Below are positions 46,740 through 59,914 of a stretch of 64,000 bases of DNA, one piece after another (within the stretch, counting starts at the first letter, position 1; the number at the start of each line of letters is the position of its first letter). Source of the DNA: Octopus sinensis (taxonomy: Eukaryota); NCBI RefSeq assembly GCF_006345805.1, contig NC_043001.1, positions 51,522,001 to 51,586,000 on the forward strand. Direction: 5' to 3'. Under the pieces are notes generated by a model. That model ran no database searches. It saw only the letters and a program-made list of their open reading frames with translations, and was not told where the DNA came from. The position numbers and the translations under genes were made by a program.

Positions 46740-48465
46740 GGAAAGCTGGGTTTATTCCTTGCTTCCGTTCTCATAATTGTTTCGCTAATCTAATAACAAC
46801 AGTATTTAGCCCTTAAAACGGTTTTTATGCATTTACAGAGAATACAGAATTGTCTTACACATGATCTTGTTTTTAGGAATTCCCAAAAAGTTTTGAATAT
46901 TCAAATTGTGCAGCTGACCCCTTATTTTAATTATGTATAAAATTATAGAATTTTTATATATATAATTATAAGATATAAGTTAGAGGTAATGTAACCATCT
47001 AAGGGATAAATGTATCCATAGGCACTCCTGGTACTACCTCAGTATATATGGTCCTTGTTATAAGGTAAACAGTAGTAAGTAATTTAAAAGGTTTAATATA
47101 TATAAAGACGATAAGAAATGGAGCAATAAACAGGGAGAAGTTGATCGTTGGTGTTATAAATTCATTATTTAATTAAGAAGAGAGTATGTTTACAGTTGTT
47201 TCAGTATAATCAAGCTGGGGTAAACTTGCATTTACCTCGTTGCACTTGATAGATATCATAGAAGGAAAATATATGAAAATGTGAGGAAGAGAAAGGGAAA
47301 AAGGAAAAACGTTCGTTAATTCAATAGTTTTACATTTTAGTGAAATCCATAATTCAATGTATCAGTTGGAGGATAGAAGAAAAGAGATTTAATTAAATCC
47401 ATGGTCTTATAATTAGTTAGTTTCATAATTCCACGTAACCGTAGGTTCTGACATCTGGTGCTAATTGCTAGTTGACCGCCGGTATATCTGAGGGAATTTT
47501 CGCTATTGGGGATATCTCGTGTAGTTATTTGGACCTATGTGACACTATTTTATAGTTTGTAAGTTAGCTCCTGTATTTTCAATGGAAGCCGTAATATAAG
47601 GATAAAGTTATTATTTAGAATATGTACGATATAGTGTGCAAATGGGCTAAGTAAAGGAACAATAGAAAAAGTTGAAGAGTGCATAGAAAAACAATAAGAT
47701 CGATAGGGAAATTATAGCTTGTAAAATTAGTCGGTAGTCTAGCTATCATATGAACTTAAATTATAGGAAAATAGTAACCTAGCGTAGTATGTAAGATAAG
47801 TATAAACTTTCAGTAATTAGTTTATAATTTGGAGTGAAGTTGAGTAGTGTTAATTAGTACGTGGGAAGGTTAAAGGGCGGTAATAAAAGGTTAAGTAGGT
47901 TCGCTAAGAACCTGTACAATAGGGGTTAGCGATATTTAAAGGATAAATAGGATGTGTCAATACTTTGAGAATATGAATCAGTCTGTATGCAAACAAAAAA
48001 TGTTCTTGTCATTTGTTAAATAGAGGTGATTTGGCCATTAAAATGAAGAATTTTTCGTTTATACAGAGTTCACAGCGATTATTGATAATGTTATATGAGG
48101 AAGTTTTGGCTAGGATGCGCCATTGTAAACTATAGTTAATATTTTTGTCTTTCAATTCCCATATGTAACTACTAAGTCCGGTAGAGTTTGCTTTATTTCT
48201 ATTTCTGAAACTAGATCGGTGGAAATTGTATCCAAGTATCATTTCATTTATAGTTGCTCCTATATAAGACTTCTTGTAATTATTTGCAAGTACATCGCTT
48301 TGGTAGATTACGTTTTTGGTTTTATACGTAAATATTGGAGAATTAACAGTTGTTTTTGTTTCTGCAGCCACATAGCTATAAACATACTCTCTTCTTCAAT
48401 AAAAACTTTATAACACCAACGATCCACTTCTTACTGTTTATTGCTCCATTTCTTATGGTCTATAT
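46740..48465 (-). mobile_element. PLE: GIY-YIG ORF end plus long 3' region, with inverted pLTR segment at its 5' junction
   Basis: ORF 48009-48371: NVIYQ..KSYIGAT..FRN..N.TGLSSYIWELK..CELC.NEK. 48374-48465 (+) is the reverse complement of ~47101-47195. Confidence 0.85.
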
Positions 48466-48558
48466 ATAATTTTATATACATATGCAATTTTGTATAATAT
48501 AATTATAATATATATGTATAAAATTATATATATGCAATTATATATATATATATACAAT

Positions 48559-48616
<58 letters not shown>

Positions 48617-48626
48617 ATATATATAT

Positions 48627-48674
<48 letters not shown>

Positions 48675-48675
48675 G

Positions 48676-49322
48676 ATTGGTCAGAATCATGATGACGTAC
48701 CGTCCTGCTTGACTAAGCCACCTAACGAAACGACTGGTTAAAACAGGATACACACAAGAGGCAGTTATAATACAGCGATAGGTCACGATTGGTCAGAATG
48801 TTGATGACGTACCGTTCTGCTTGACTAAAGCCACCTAACGAAACGATTGGTCAAAACGTTGATGACGTCACGCTACACTGGACTGACCACCTAACAGGCA
48901 TTATAAAACCCGAACTATTCACAAGACTCACTAGAATCACCCAGCGAACATCCACCATGGGTCATCACAATTGCTCAAGGTAAAAATGAATTCCTCGCTC
49001 TTTCGGGAACATCAATCTTCTGTATTGACTGCTTTCCACCACTTTGATCTGTTTTTTGTATTAAATACGTATCGCCACCGTGGGCCACTGCATCGAACAC
49101 TTTGAACATATAGCATGAATGAACTTACTTCAAACTATATTTGAACTTTAAGATGTCTGACTCCGTTGTGTATTGTAAATGAATTTCTTGTGTTTGACGG
49201 CATGAGCTGTGTTTTTTTATATATAACTTTTTTTGATAAGGTTCATTTCAGGAACTGAAACATGTTATAATGTATATATAAAAATTAAAAATTGTATAAT
49301 ATAGCAGCATTTTCGAACTTCA

Positions 49323-49325
<3 letters not shown>
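48676..49325 (+). mobile_element. Solo PLE pseudo-LTR (paralog of 42560-43475)
   Basis: Three ATTGG-N12-TGACGT modules, TATAAAA at 48902, ccaccATGG, AAG|GTAAAA and the same U3-A8 hammerhead-like motif at ~49233. Confidence 0.88.
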
Positions 49326-49370
<45 letters not shown>

Positions 49371-49375
<5 letters not shown>

Positions 49376-49536
49376 GGTTGTATACTGTCAATCTAACAAG
49401 AACGTGACAGTAGGGGGTACACCACCGTTATATAGCCCTAGGAGGCATCGAACGCGTTCGATGCCTCCTAGGCTATATAACGGTGGTGTACCCCCTACTG
49501 TCACGTTCTTGTTAGATTGACAGTATAAACCATTAT
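49371..49536. repeat. Spacerless palindrome, ~83-bp arms
   Basis: Centre ..catcgaacGC|GTtcgatg..; the arms differ by two single-base indels. Confidence 0.95.
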
Positions 49537-49899
49537 ATCGCTCCACCACCGTACACCTCTCTACCGAGAGATTTAGAAACTCAATATTTCTTATATATAT
49601 ATATATATATATAATATATATATATAATACTTATATATATATATATATAATATATATATATATATAATTATATATATACATCTATATAATCATATATACA
49701 TATATATATATAATATATATATACATATATATATTCATATAACATATATAATTATATATATATATGCAAGGGGGGTCTGGACTGGTTTCTATCTGAGATA
49801 CCGGAAGAACCCATATCGCGGCAGGCGACGCAAAGTAGCTCCGTGCACCTCACTACTTTACGAAAAACGATATCAGAAACAACACCGAGTAACTACAGG

Positions 49900-50130
49900 T
49901 GTTCCGCATATTTTTTCATCTCTTCTGCTTTCCTCTCCCATTAGATGTCCTGAGCTTCTCTAATTACTCGGTGGCATTCCCCTGGCGCTTGTTGGTGTTT
50001 TCGTTTGTTCTCTGCAGTGGCATGGTTCTCGAATGCGAGGTGCATCCTAAGTTTGGCTTCAATAAGACGGATGATGGTTACATCATTCTCGTCAAACAAC
50101 TCCTGCCTTTTCTTTTGGGCAATCCGATCG
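49900..50130 (-). mobile_element. RTE LINE fragment
   Basis: Minus strand: KRQELFDENDVTI..WERKAEEMKKYAE, resembling the RTE linker (QDWFDEND..WW..KA.E.Q). Confidence 0.65.
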
Positions 50131-50134
50131 TCCC

Positions 50135-50551
50135 CTTTTCGGTTTGAACGGCAGTTTTTAACATAATTTCTAGGTAACTAAAAAATTTTAAACTTCGTAT
50201 ACTGGTAGAATGTGTTTATAAAACATATTTTTCTCTTGGCTTTATTGAGAAAATTCTATAGTTTGTAAGATATTTGTTGTTGTTTTTCTTCAATTTCTGC
50301 AATTTCAACCAATCAAATACGTCTATTGAGGTAAAAAAAACATTCTGTGCCGTATGAATATGTCCCTCGTTTAAGAAACTGATTGGGTTTATTTACATTT
50401 GTGAAGAAAAAAAAGATACCCTTCCCCCACCTCAAACCTAACCCTAACCCTAAAAGAGATTGAAATGCAATAGATCGATACTAAGGTCATAATTATGGGT
50501 GACAATTTCACATGACACCGCTAGAAAAAAACTGCCGTTCAAACCGAAAAG
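50135..50551. mobile_element. Unclassified MITE with 24-bp perfect TIRs
   Basis: CTTTTCGGTTTGAACGGCAGTTTT / AAAACTGCCGTTCAAACCGAAAAG; internal cctaaccctaaccctaa. Confidence 0.9.
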
Positions 50552-51243
50552 ATCAAAAGTTTTTTAGTGAAATTTTTGTAAGCGGAACCTTCAAAGAAGC
50601 CTTTCCTGTTGTTAAGTGATAGATTTGCAAGCGTTTAAACTTTCCCGTCTGAAGATATCTTTCAATTTTCCTCTTACTAGTCGGTACGACTATGAAATAG
50701 GTCATGATCTCATTGTTCTTCTTTCTCTGACTAAACTGTTCTCTTCTCTGACTAAGCTGTTCTCTTTCTCTCTCTTTCCTACACAACACCTGCTAAGAAG
50801 TTTAACTGCTGAAATGCCGTTCAGTACACAAATGCAAGAAAGAAGACCAGTGAATAAGCCGGTTGATAAATGGAAGTGTCTACTAGATGAGTTATGCCAA
50901 TCTACACGTTTGCTTATGGTAGATGAGTTTACTGGCATTTAGCTAAGCAATATCGATTGATACCTGTTTTGTTAAGTAGGTTTGCATGTATTTGAAGGTT
51001 TGTGTAAACACATTATCATTATTGTTGTTGTTGCTGTTGGTGTTGAAACCTAGGTCGGCTTCAAATGCATAGGCCTATTATCAAAAGCGTTCTTGCTATG
51101 ACCTACAGTTCTTGTCTGTAAGAATATTTATATAACTAGGAATACATTATTATTATTCTCGAACGTTAAATTAGTGTACCTTCTTGTTCCTTCACCTGTC
51201 TTCGTCTTTCCTGTAAATTTGAACACACACACACATATATATA

Positions 51244-52520
51244 CAGGGGGCAATGGGTAAATTGTCGCTATTTTATATTTTTAATTCCCCGCATGCGCAT
51301 CGATTGTTTTTGGTTTTGTCTACGACACACTATAATAAGGTCAGTTGGGTACCGTCTGTGAGAAAAACAACACCATGAAACAATCCACTCTGCTAGAAAT
51401 TTAGAAATGAAATGCCGTACTGCTTCGCATTCGTGTCGGAAACTCCAATACGAACATTTCAGAGTGTACAGGTGTCAATCTGAGGAGAGTGCAGAGGATT
51501 CGGAAAGAGTTGGATGAGTCTATCATAGTTATTACAGAGGTACAGTAGCTCGGAAAACTCACACTGATCGTTCTGATAAGCAGAGAACTGCGGAATCTTT
51601 TAGTGAGATCCAGGTCAAGATTGACAACGATCCCTCCAAGTGAATCAAGTCTATCACCAGGGACATGGGAGTGTCTGAGTTTCTAATCAGGCAGGTAGTG
51701 CATGAAGACATTCGTTATTGCTCGTACAAGATGAGAAAGGGCCAATTTTTACCCCAAGCCATCAAGGACAAGATGAAAGACCGCGCCACGAAGCTTTTAA
51801 ACAAACTCAAGCATCCCCTCCAACCGAGCATACTTTGGTTTTTCTCAGACATGAAAAATGTCTACATGGGTCAGATGGTCAACACACAGAACAACCTTTG
51901 ACTTGCCGTATCCCCAAAACATGTACCGAGAGTGATAAAAATCAAACATCCAGTCAACATCATGGTATTTGGAATGATTACTAGTGATGGCGACGTTATG
52001 CCTCCATTCATCTTCCCACATGGCCTCAGACTCAACAAGTGCCTGGATGAAGTAGTGCTGCCCTGGGTCAAGAGGGTGGCTGCTGAAAGACCCTATGTTT
52101 GGCGTCAGGACTCTGCACCATGCCACACTAGCAGGAGAACCCAATTATAACCGTCTGACAATTTCTGTGACCACATCACACATAACATCTGGCTACCTAA
52201 CTCCACAGACTGCTACCCTCTTGATTATGTGTGGGGCGCAGTCGAGCGAGAGACCAACAAAACGCCTTATAACAGCAAAGATGAACCGAACCGAAGGCGG
52301 GGATTATGGCAGCATTCACCAGCTTAAACAAGGAGACAGTCCAGGAGAGTTGCGGAAGATTCCGAAGTCACCTGGAGGCCGTAATCGAAGTCAATGGCGA
52401 TTTTATTGAATAAATTTATTCTTTAGTATTTCAGGATATTTTTATGTAATTTTGACAAATTTATCTGTTAAAATGTGTTGTCAGTGTTATTATCATTTTT
52501 GCGTAATTGAAATGACAATT
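51244..52520 (+). mobile_element. maT (DD37D) transposon relic
   Basis: TA|CAGGGG left end; LWFFSD, IMVFG.ITSDGDVMPP and W.QDSAPCHTS. 37 residues lie between the second and third D (..WLPNSTDCYPLDY). Right TIR is incomplete. Confidence 0.88.
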
Positions 52521-52994
52521 TATATATTGATTTTGTCCATTATGTAACAATGTTTGCGTTTTTCAATCAACAAAAGAATTTTGTCAATTATTCTCATCTT
52601 CATATATGAGCGTGTGTGTGTGTGTGTGTGTACATAAACTTCATCATGTTCTTTGTCTATTTCCTTAACTTCTTGGAGATTTTAGGTATAATTATACTAA
52701 TGTGTCCATCGGTTCTAATTTAATTAAATTCTATGTCTTTGTGCAGCTGAGGTTTGCTCTGCATTTTAAATTGATGTAATGATTACATTGTTCAATTAAA
52801 TGGAGTTGCATCAAACGATCGTACTGCATTACGTTTGGATATCCTTGTGGCTTATTTTGATTTTAATCATCTTACTTTGAAATTGTATGGATAATACCGT
52901 ATTAAATTCTGGTGCTTCAACTTAAGTACCATATTCATCTGAATCTAAATTTTTGTTGAACTCGCCTATCATATCCAAAGTACATATATATATA

Positions 52995-54155
52995 ACGGGA
53001 AGCTTTATGAAAATAAACAAAAGACGAAGGCAGGTGGAAAACAAACGAACAATTGTATTAGTATGGCGCTCAGGAAATATAAATAAAACAAGTCTTTAAC
53101 GTTTCGAGCCTACGCTCTTCAACAGAAAGATACACAGAGAGAGAAAAACACAGAAAGAAGGAGAGAAAAAAAATGCGTGCAGTAGCTAACGAATCAACAT
53201 GGCGATCTGATTTCGGCCAGAGGTCAAAGATCAAACATGAGACGCGAGAGCGAAATAAGGGGAGATAATAGGGTTGATAATAGGGTTGAGGGACCAGCTA
53301 AAGTGGGTGGGAGGGGTCTGGATGTGTGTATGTATAGGGTTGGTGTATGTATTAGTATGTATAAGGGTGTGTGTGTGTGTGTGTATGAGAGAGTATTAGT
53401 GCGTAGGATTGGTCTGGACGTGCGTATGTATGGGGTTGGTGTATGTATTAGTATGTATTAGTAGTGTATTAGTACGTATTGGTATGTATGGTGTGTGTGT
53501 GTGGTGTGTGAGAGAGTATAAGTGCGTATGCGGGGTCTGGACGTGTGTATGTATAGGGTTGGTGTAAGTATTAGTATGTACTAGTATGTATTAGTACGTA
53601 TTAGTATGTATTAGTTGGTGTGTGTATTAGTATGGCACATCATATGTGATGTGATGTGTAAAGTCATGTGGTGTAGTGAGGAGAAGAGGGGGGAGAGAAG
53701 GGGAGGGGGAGAAGAGGGGGGAGAGAAGGGGAGGGGAAGAAGAGGGGGAGGAGAAGGGGAAGAGGAGAGGATGGGGGAGAAGGAAGGGAGAGGGGGATGA
53801 AGGAGGAAAGAGGGAGAGGGGGAGAGAGAAGGGGAGAGAGGGAGTGAGGGAGCAGAGGGAAGGGGAAGAGGGAGGGAGAAAGAGGGAAGAAGGGAAGGGG
53901 AGTAGGGGTGAAAGGATGAGGACTGAAGGAGTAGGGGTCGGGGGGAGAAAGGATGGTGAGGAGGGGGGAGGAGGGGGGGAGGGGGTTAGATGAGGAGGTG
54001 GGGAGAGTTGAGACCAAATGGCGTATAAGAGCGAAGAGAGAAGATTAATTCCTGTTCACGGCGCAAACGGGAATCCGGATGGCCTCTGTGTAAGGACAAA
54101 CCGAACACAGATAGGTGTTGCAAGGAGTGACCGGTGGAGCGGAAATGGCGTGTAT
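52995..54155 (-). mobile_element. PLE 3' fragment (GIY-YIG C-terminus plus pLTR)
   Basis: HFRSTGHSLQHLSVFGL..RREQELIFSLRSYTPFGLN, a low-complexity 3' region and a terminal hammerhead-like motif. Confidence 0.82.
53093..53130 (-). ncRNA. Candidate minimal hammerhead, A6U variant
   Basis: Minus strand: TCTTT CTGTTGA A GAGC gtag GCTC GAAA CG TT AAAGA; stems I and II pair perfectly and stem III is the palindrome ACGT. Confidence 0.6.
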
Positions 54156-54219
54156 ATATATATACACGAACAAAATGCACACCCCGTCCAATGGACGGTG
54201 CTGATTCATATCTGCTGAA

Positions 54220-54705
54220 TAAAAAGCAATCAGTGTTTTCGTTTCATTAAAAATAATTAAGCATGCATTTATTTCAATAAAAATTTTGGTTTTGTTAAAT
54301 GAAGTTAAGGCAAAAAAAGAACTTGAGAAACCAAATTGTCTTTCCTTCCTTCATGCCAAGTTTGAAGAAAATATCTCTTTTGCATCTTACTTTTTTGGGT
54401 CTCTTAAATATACTGCACTTTCTGGCATTATTTCAAGCCAGCCGGCTTTGTTTGCGCAAACTGTACGTGCATTTTTCTCGCGTAAGCGTAGTATCGATCC
54501 CAACAGTTGATATACTTGCGCGTACAAATGCACGTTCCACGGCTTTGTTGATCGCATTCTCACCTGGAATCGATTTTTGTAATTTGTTTAAGACTTATAC
54601 ACGCCCTAATACCGTCTACATATCAAATTTGAGCGCAATCGGATGGAGGATGCCCGAGATCCTAGAAGAGACACACGCACACACGGCCAGAACAGATTTT
54701 ATATA
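54220..54705. mobile_element. Helentron/DINE-like element
   Basis: Ends atcaaatttgagcgcaatcggatg..acacac..acagattttatataa, a DINE-type terminus. Confidence 0.55.
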
Positions 54706-54725
54706 ATATATGCATACATATATAT

Positions 54726-54758
<33 letters not shown>

Positions 54759-54890
54759 TATTTATATGTATGTATGTATATATATGTGTATGCATGTATG
54801 TATATGTAAGTATACATATGTGCATGTATATGTATATATGTATGTATATATATGTATATGTATGTATATCTATATGTATATATGTATTTT

Positions 54891-55030
54891 ATGTTTCTGA
54901 CGAAAAGGTCCGCTCGAAACGTTAAAATCCTTCTTCTTTCCTTCCTTTCCTAGGTGTCCAATAACACTATACTTGTTCCACGTCCTAGCGTTGTGTTTTC
55001 TCTTTCTTCATGTTTGGATTAACTCTATTT
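54891..55030 (+). mobile_element. PLE terminal fragment with decayed hammerhead
   Basis: gttt CTGACGA A aagg tcc gctc GAAAC GTT aaaa; reverse complement of 21225-21360. Confidence 0.7.
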
Positions 55031-55042
55031 GTGTATGTATAT

Positions 55043-55165
<123 letters not shown>

Positions 55166-55166
55166 T

Positions 55167-55233
<67 letters not shown>

Positions 55234-56236
55234 TGTATGTATATATATATATATATATATACATGTATATATGTGTATATATATATATATATGTATAAAT
55301 TTATGTACACACACACACACACACACACACTCATATATGAAGATTAGACAAAATGCATTTGTTGATTGAAAAACACAAATATTTTTAGATAATGGGCAAA
55401 ATCAATCCATTGTTTAGTGTGGAGTGGTGCGTGTGTGTGAAACAGAGAGTGTGTGTATTAAGTTTTGCATATGTGGTTGATCCTGTGTGTTTTTATTCTT
55501 GTATAATATGGTTTAAATAAATAGACTATTAAGGCGGATCGCAAGATTGCGCCAATAGTTGACAGATGAACAGTGAGAGTGGACAAAAGAAAAATGAGAA
55601 TGTGTAGTGGCAAAGAGAAAAATAAAATGAATTGCGAGAGTAAGTAAAGAAATAGAAAATATATTCGTGTGCATGTACACGCACGTATGAATATTGTGTG
55701 TGTATGTGTGTATGTACGTGTTTGTTCTTGTTTATTTATCAGCATTAGATTAATGTTGTATATCAGAGAAAACAATACGGAACATAGCGATTCGATGAAT
55801 TTCCGTCGATAATATATCTATCAGAGTGAAATAAGTGCTGCGCTCGATATGATTGACTAAAGCTCTTTTAAGTTGTACTCTGGCATGACTGCATCAGCCC
55901 AGTGACTGAAAGTAGCAGAATAAAATAATTATGTGAGTGATTATGTGCATGCACGCTTGCATATGTGTGTGTGTGCGTGCGTACGACATGCATGTCTGTG
56001 CTTATATTTGCATAACGAGTATTGAGAAGTGTGGAGACTGGCGTGTGAGAGATGAATGACGTAGTCAAGCAGATGTGACTGAGGAAGAAAAGAAGATTAC
56101 TCTCGACTACGTTCTTGTTAGTGAATGATTAAACTAACTGTAGTCTTGGTGTGACAATACAGCATATGTCCAGAACAAGTGGACGTATTATGTAGACAGA
56201 GTCAATGATTCCCTGTCCATAGTATTTTTCAACATA

Positions 56237-56739
56237 CAGTGATCCCTCGTTTATCGCGGTAGAATGGTTCCGAGACAGGCTGTGATAACTAAATTTCCGC
56301 GAAGTAGCGACACCATATTTACAGTATTTATTTAACGTGTATTTGGACTTTTAAAACCCTCTCAGTACTGTTAACAACCTACCCATTATAGTAGTCTATT
56401 AATAACAAGGACAACTGTTAAGCAATAACACTTTAGGTTTTTTTAAAATATTCTTACTGTTACACAGGCCAGATTACAAAATAGAAAGCTGTGATTCGTC
56501 GTCTCTCTCCATTGCACCAATCACAGCCAGTCTTAAGTTCAAATACCCTAGTATATGCTCTTTCTTTTTTTGTTATGTTACTCTTGTTTTGTTGTTCCTA
56601 GACTAGGAAATAATATTTATTATCAATATTTTAAAGGATTTAATGAAAATTTTTAGGCGTTCATATATATATATATTTTTAAAATCAGCGAAGTCGTGAA
56701 TCTGCGATAGTTGAAACGCGAAGTAGCGAGGGATCACTG
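56237..56739. mobile_element. Tigger/pogo-like MITE
   Basis: TA|CAGTGATCCCTCG..... CGAGGGATCACTG|TA. Confidence 0.9.
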
Positions 56740-57689
56740 TATTGCATGAGTAAAACGGGGGCGTGTGAATGCGAGAGAAAGAAATGATGAAAACCATCAG
56801 TCAAGAAGATATTTTAGTCAGAGAAGGAAGTAGAGAACAGGATACATAGATAGAAGTATAGCTAGACAAGAGAAAAAGAAACAAGTTGTTTAAGCCCATG
56901 TCAACTCTTATAAGCAAGCCTATGAAAATTATCCGGGTGTAATATTCCTGTCTTTTTTATATAGGTGAGGAATATATTATTCAGTGTATACTTCATATGT
57001 TTTAGTAACATTTTAAGGCAGCAGGAAACAATTTGAAGACTATTTGGCTCCTATTTCTAGCATGGCGAGTAAAATCATTGAAGCTTACCTTTTGGCTTGC
57101 ATATATAGAAAGTATATATATATAATCAGAGGCGACTCCAGGTCATCAATGTCACTCGGGCTCATCAGAGATTTCGCGTAGGACACATGTATAAAAGAAG
57201 GTAAGAAACGTAATGCTACCACACGGATAATTTAACAGTAAGCAATGTTGCTGCTTCTAACGAAAGAATGCTTCACGTTTTACCGCAATATTTCTAGCTC
57301 CAAATGGCTTATATTTTATATCTAGCACTATGCCTTTCTCCACTTCTAAGTTAAGGGTAAAAATACGGCATCCATGCAAAACACAGCTGGTCTTTACACA
57401 TGCACAGAATAACAGCAATCGAATAAGGAAAGCGGAGTGCACATCAAACACCAACGATCTGACTGACGCCTGTACCCTTGACAAGAAATGTCAGTCTTTG
57501 CACCTTACAAGGTTCGTTCGTATTTGCCCGAGTTACAACTGTATAACAGCAACCAAATAATGAAAGCAGAGTACTCAACAAACATCACCGATCTGACAGT
57601 AGTCAATCTAAATGTATATATTTGTCGTTATCTGTATTGCAATGAGACGGTCTTCTTTGTGAAGATTCGCTAAGTTGCTTGAAGCTCCG

Positions 57690-57935
57690 CTGTTAATTTT
57701 ACACTATGGAGTGACCAAAGCTGGAGCAGTAGTCCAGGCGGCTAAGGTCGAATGTATTCCAAAGGACCATAACGGTTTCCTTCTCGCTTGGTCTGAAGGT
57801 TCTCAGGACAGAATCCAGCCAGCCAGCCGTCTGCACTTTCATGCCATCTTGGTAATGTGCACTTGGAAAGAATTATAATCACTCATGTCGATACCCAGGT
57901 CCCGCACTGATTTAGCTTCTGGGATTGTTATTCAA
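57690..57935 (-). mobile_element. CR1-clade LINE fragment
   Basis: Minus strand: IPEAKSVRDLGIDMSD..CRRLAGWI..RLDYCSS; paralog of 58505-58915. Confidence 0.8.
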
Positions 57936-58504
57936 ATTCTTTTACTTCTGACTCATGTTTCGAAGACATCATTGGTACTATTCAAAAATAAAATGGTGTG
58001 GTGTAAAACAATGTAATCTTCTCTTTAGAGAAATGAAGAAATAAAACTCGTCAATAAGACATTTTAACAGAATATGATGGATATGTATAGTGATGAACTG
58101 AACGCTATTAAGTTTATTTAAAAAACGTTAGAGGTTATAACGTCAAAGGCAGCCTATAGAAAGAGAAGAGGTAAAAGAAAGAAAAAATCAGAAATCAAAT
58201 AAATGAGAAATATAGAATATGTGAATTAAATAAAAGCCTAAAGTCTTGGAAACAATATAAATCTAGTGGAAGTGAAATGTAAGAAGAAAATCAATGTTTA
58301 AATTATATTTAATGGTAGATATCACTTATATGAACTAAAGGAATGTTTCTGCCAATGTTTACATCGATAAGCACGTTCTATAACCGTGTTTGCAAGGAGA
58401 GTTTTAGAAAAAAAGAATAAAAAATTAGAGATGGCAAAATTCCTTGCTTTTATCATAAGGGAACGAAATGGAGAGAATCAACCAATCCAAATTAAATTGT
58501 TTAT

Positions 58505-58915
58505 CATGGTTTTTTGTTCTCTTGTTCTAAAGGTTCTAAGAATCCATCCGGCCAGTCGTCTACATTTCATTGCCAATTTAGCAACATGTACATGAAAGGT
58601 TGCGTCATCACTTATGTAAATACCCAGGCCACGCACTGATTGTGCCTCTGGGATTGCAATCCCTCCGGGTCCAGTGTATTCATTGGGTATTGCATTTAGT
58701 TTTGCATGCTGATAGCATAAAGCTTGAAACTTTTCAGCATTGAACTGCATGCTATTCTTTTCAGCCCACTTGTATATTTTGTCCAGCTCACATTGCAGGT
58801 GTTTAGTGTCTTCAGGGTTCTGTATTGCTTGTGAAACTTTTGTATCATCTGCATAACTTGTGATCGTGGCTCTCTGCGTGGCTGAGGGCATGTCTGAGAG
58901 GGCCATTATGAACAG
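58505..58915 (-). mobile_element. CR1-clade LINE RT C-terminal fragment
   Basis: SYADDTKV..LQCELDKIYKWA..MQFNAEKF..VRGLGIYISDD..GWILRTF. Confidence 0.9.
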
Positions 58916-58982
<67 letters not shown>

Positions 58983-59148
58983 ATACATATATATATTTTA
59001 AAATTAAAAATAAAAGGCTAAAATTTATCAATTAAATTAATTAATTAATTAATCAATTAATCAATAATTTTACCAAGTAGATCGGTGCGTTAAAATAAAC
59101 TTTATAGATAATTTATCCACATAATTATAATTATATATGTATGTAATA

Positions 59149-59192
<44 letters not shown>

Positions 59193-59875
59193 TATATGTG
59201 TGTGTGTGTGTGTGTTGTGTGTGTGTGTGTGTATATATATATAAGAATATATATATGTATACACTTCAGGTTCCGTATGGTCCTCACGATTTTTTTCTGT
59301 GCTCCTGAAAAACCCTAAGAATATTTCAATGAAAACAGTAAACTAATCAGGAAAGTATACTAAAATACAATATATCTATAAAATTACGATATATTTAAAA
59401 TTACCTACATAAATGTATTGAGCAGAAGGAATCTTCAACACAAAACATGAAGTCAAACATCGCTGTCTCTTCAATCAAGAAATTCCCACATACCAACTGG
59501 AAATTCTTCCACGTATTTACGAGAAAGTAGAGAAAATTTCATAAAATTCACAACAACGTGCAACTCTATCTTTTAAGAAAAACTCGAGATAAAAATAATA
59601 TACGTGCATTTTATATAAACTAATTAACCAAAGGTCCTGAAAGAAAGCTATAAGTTATCGATTCTCTCTTTTGTATTTTATTTCTGATTTATGCAACGAC
59701 ATTTTCTTTTCTTCTCTTCTTTGTATATTTTTCTTTCCCATAGGTTTGATAAATATTGGCTTTTTAGTTCTGCTATCCTGTTCGTTTATTTCCGTTAATA
59801 GTTATGCAGGCGTTTTCTTGTTCTAATAATTCATTTTTCTTTCAGGAGCTTACAAAACAAAAACAAACCAGTCTG

Positions 59876-59911
<36 letters not shown>

Positions 59912-59914
<3 letters not shown>

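Noticed and set aside
50553-50942. Overlapping 78-108-aa ORFs in unique-looking sequence
   Set aside because: No recognisable domain or consistent splice structure; the length is partly due to a short internal repeat.
53640-54010. G-rich/purine-rich tract with 105-117-aa G/E/R- or P/S/L-rich ORFs
   Set aside because: Low-complexity 3' region of the PLE; it has G-quadruplex potential but no evidence of coding function.
57135-57185. CTGATGAG with a nearby GAAA on the minus strand
   Set aside because: GAAA lies only 3 nt upstream of CTGATGA, which fits no hammerhead permutation.
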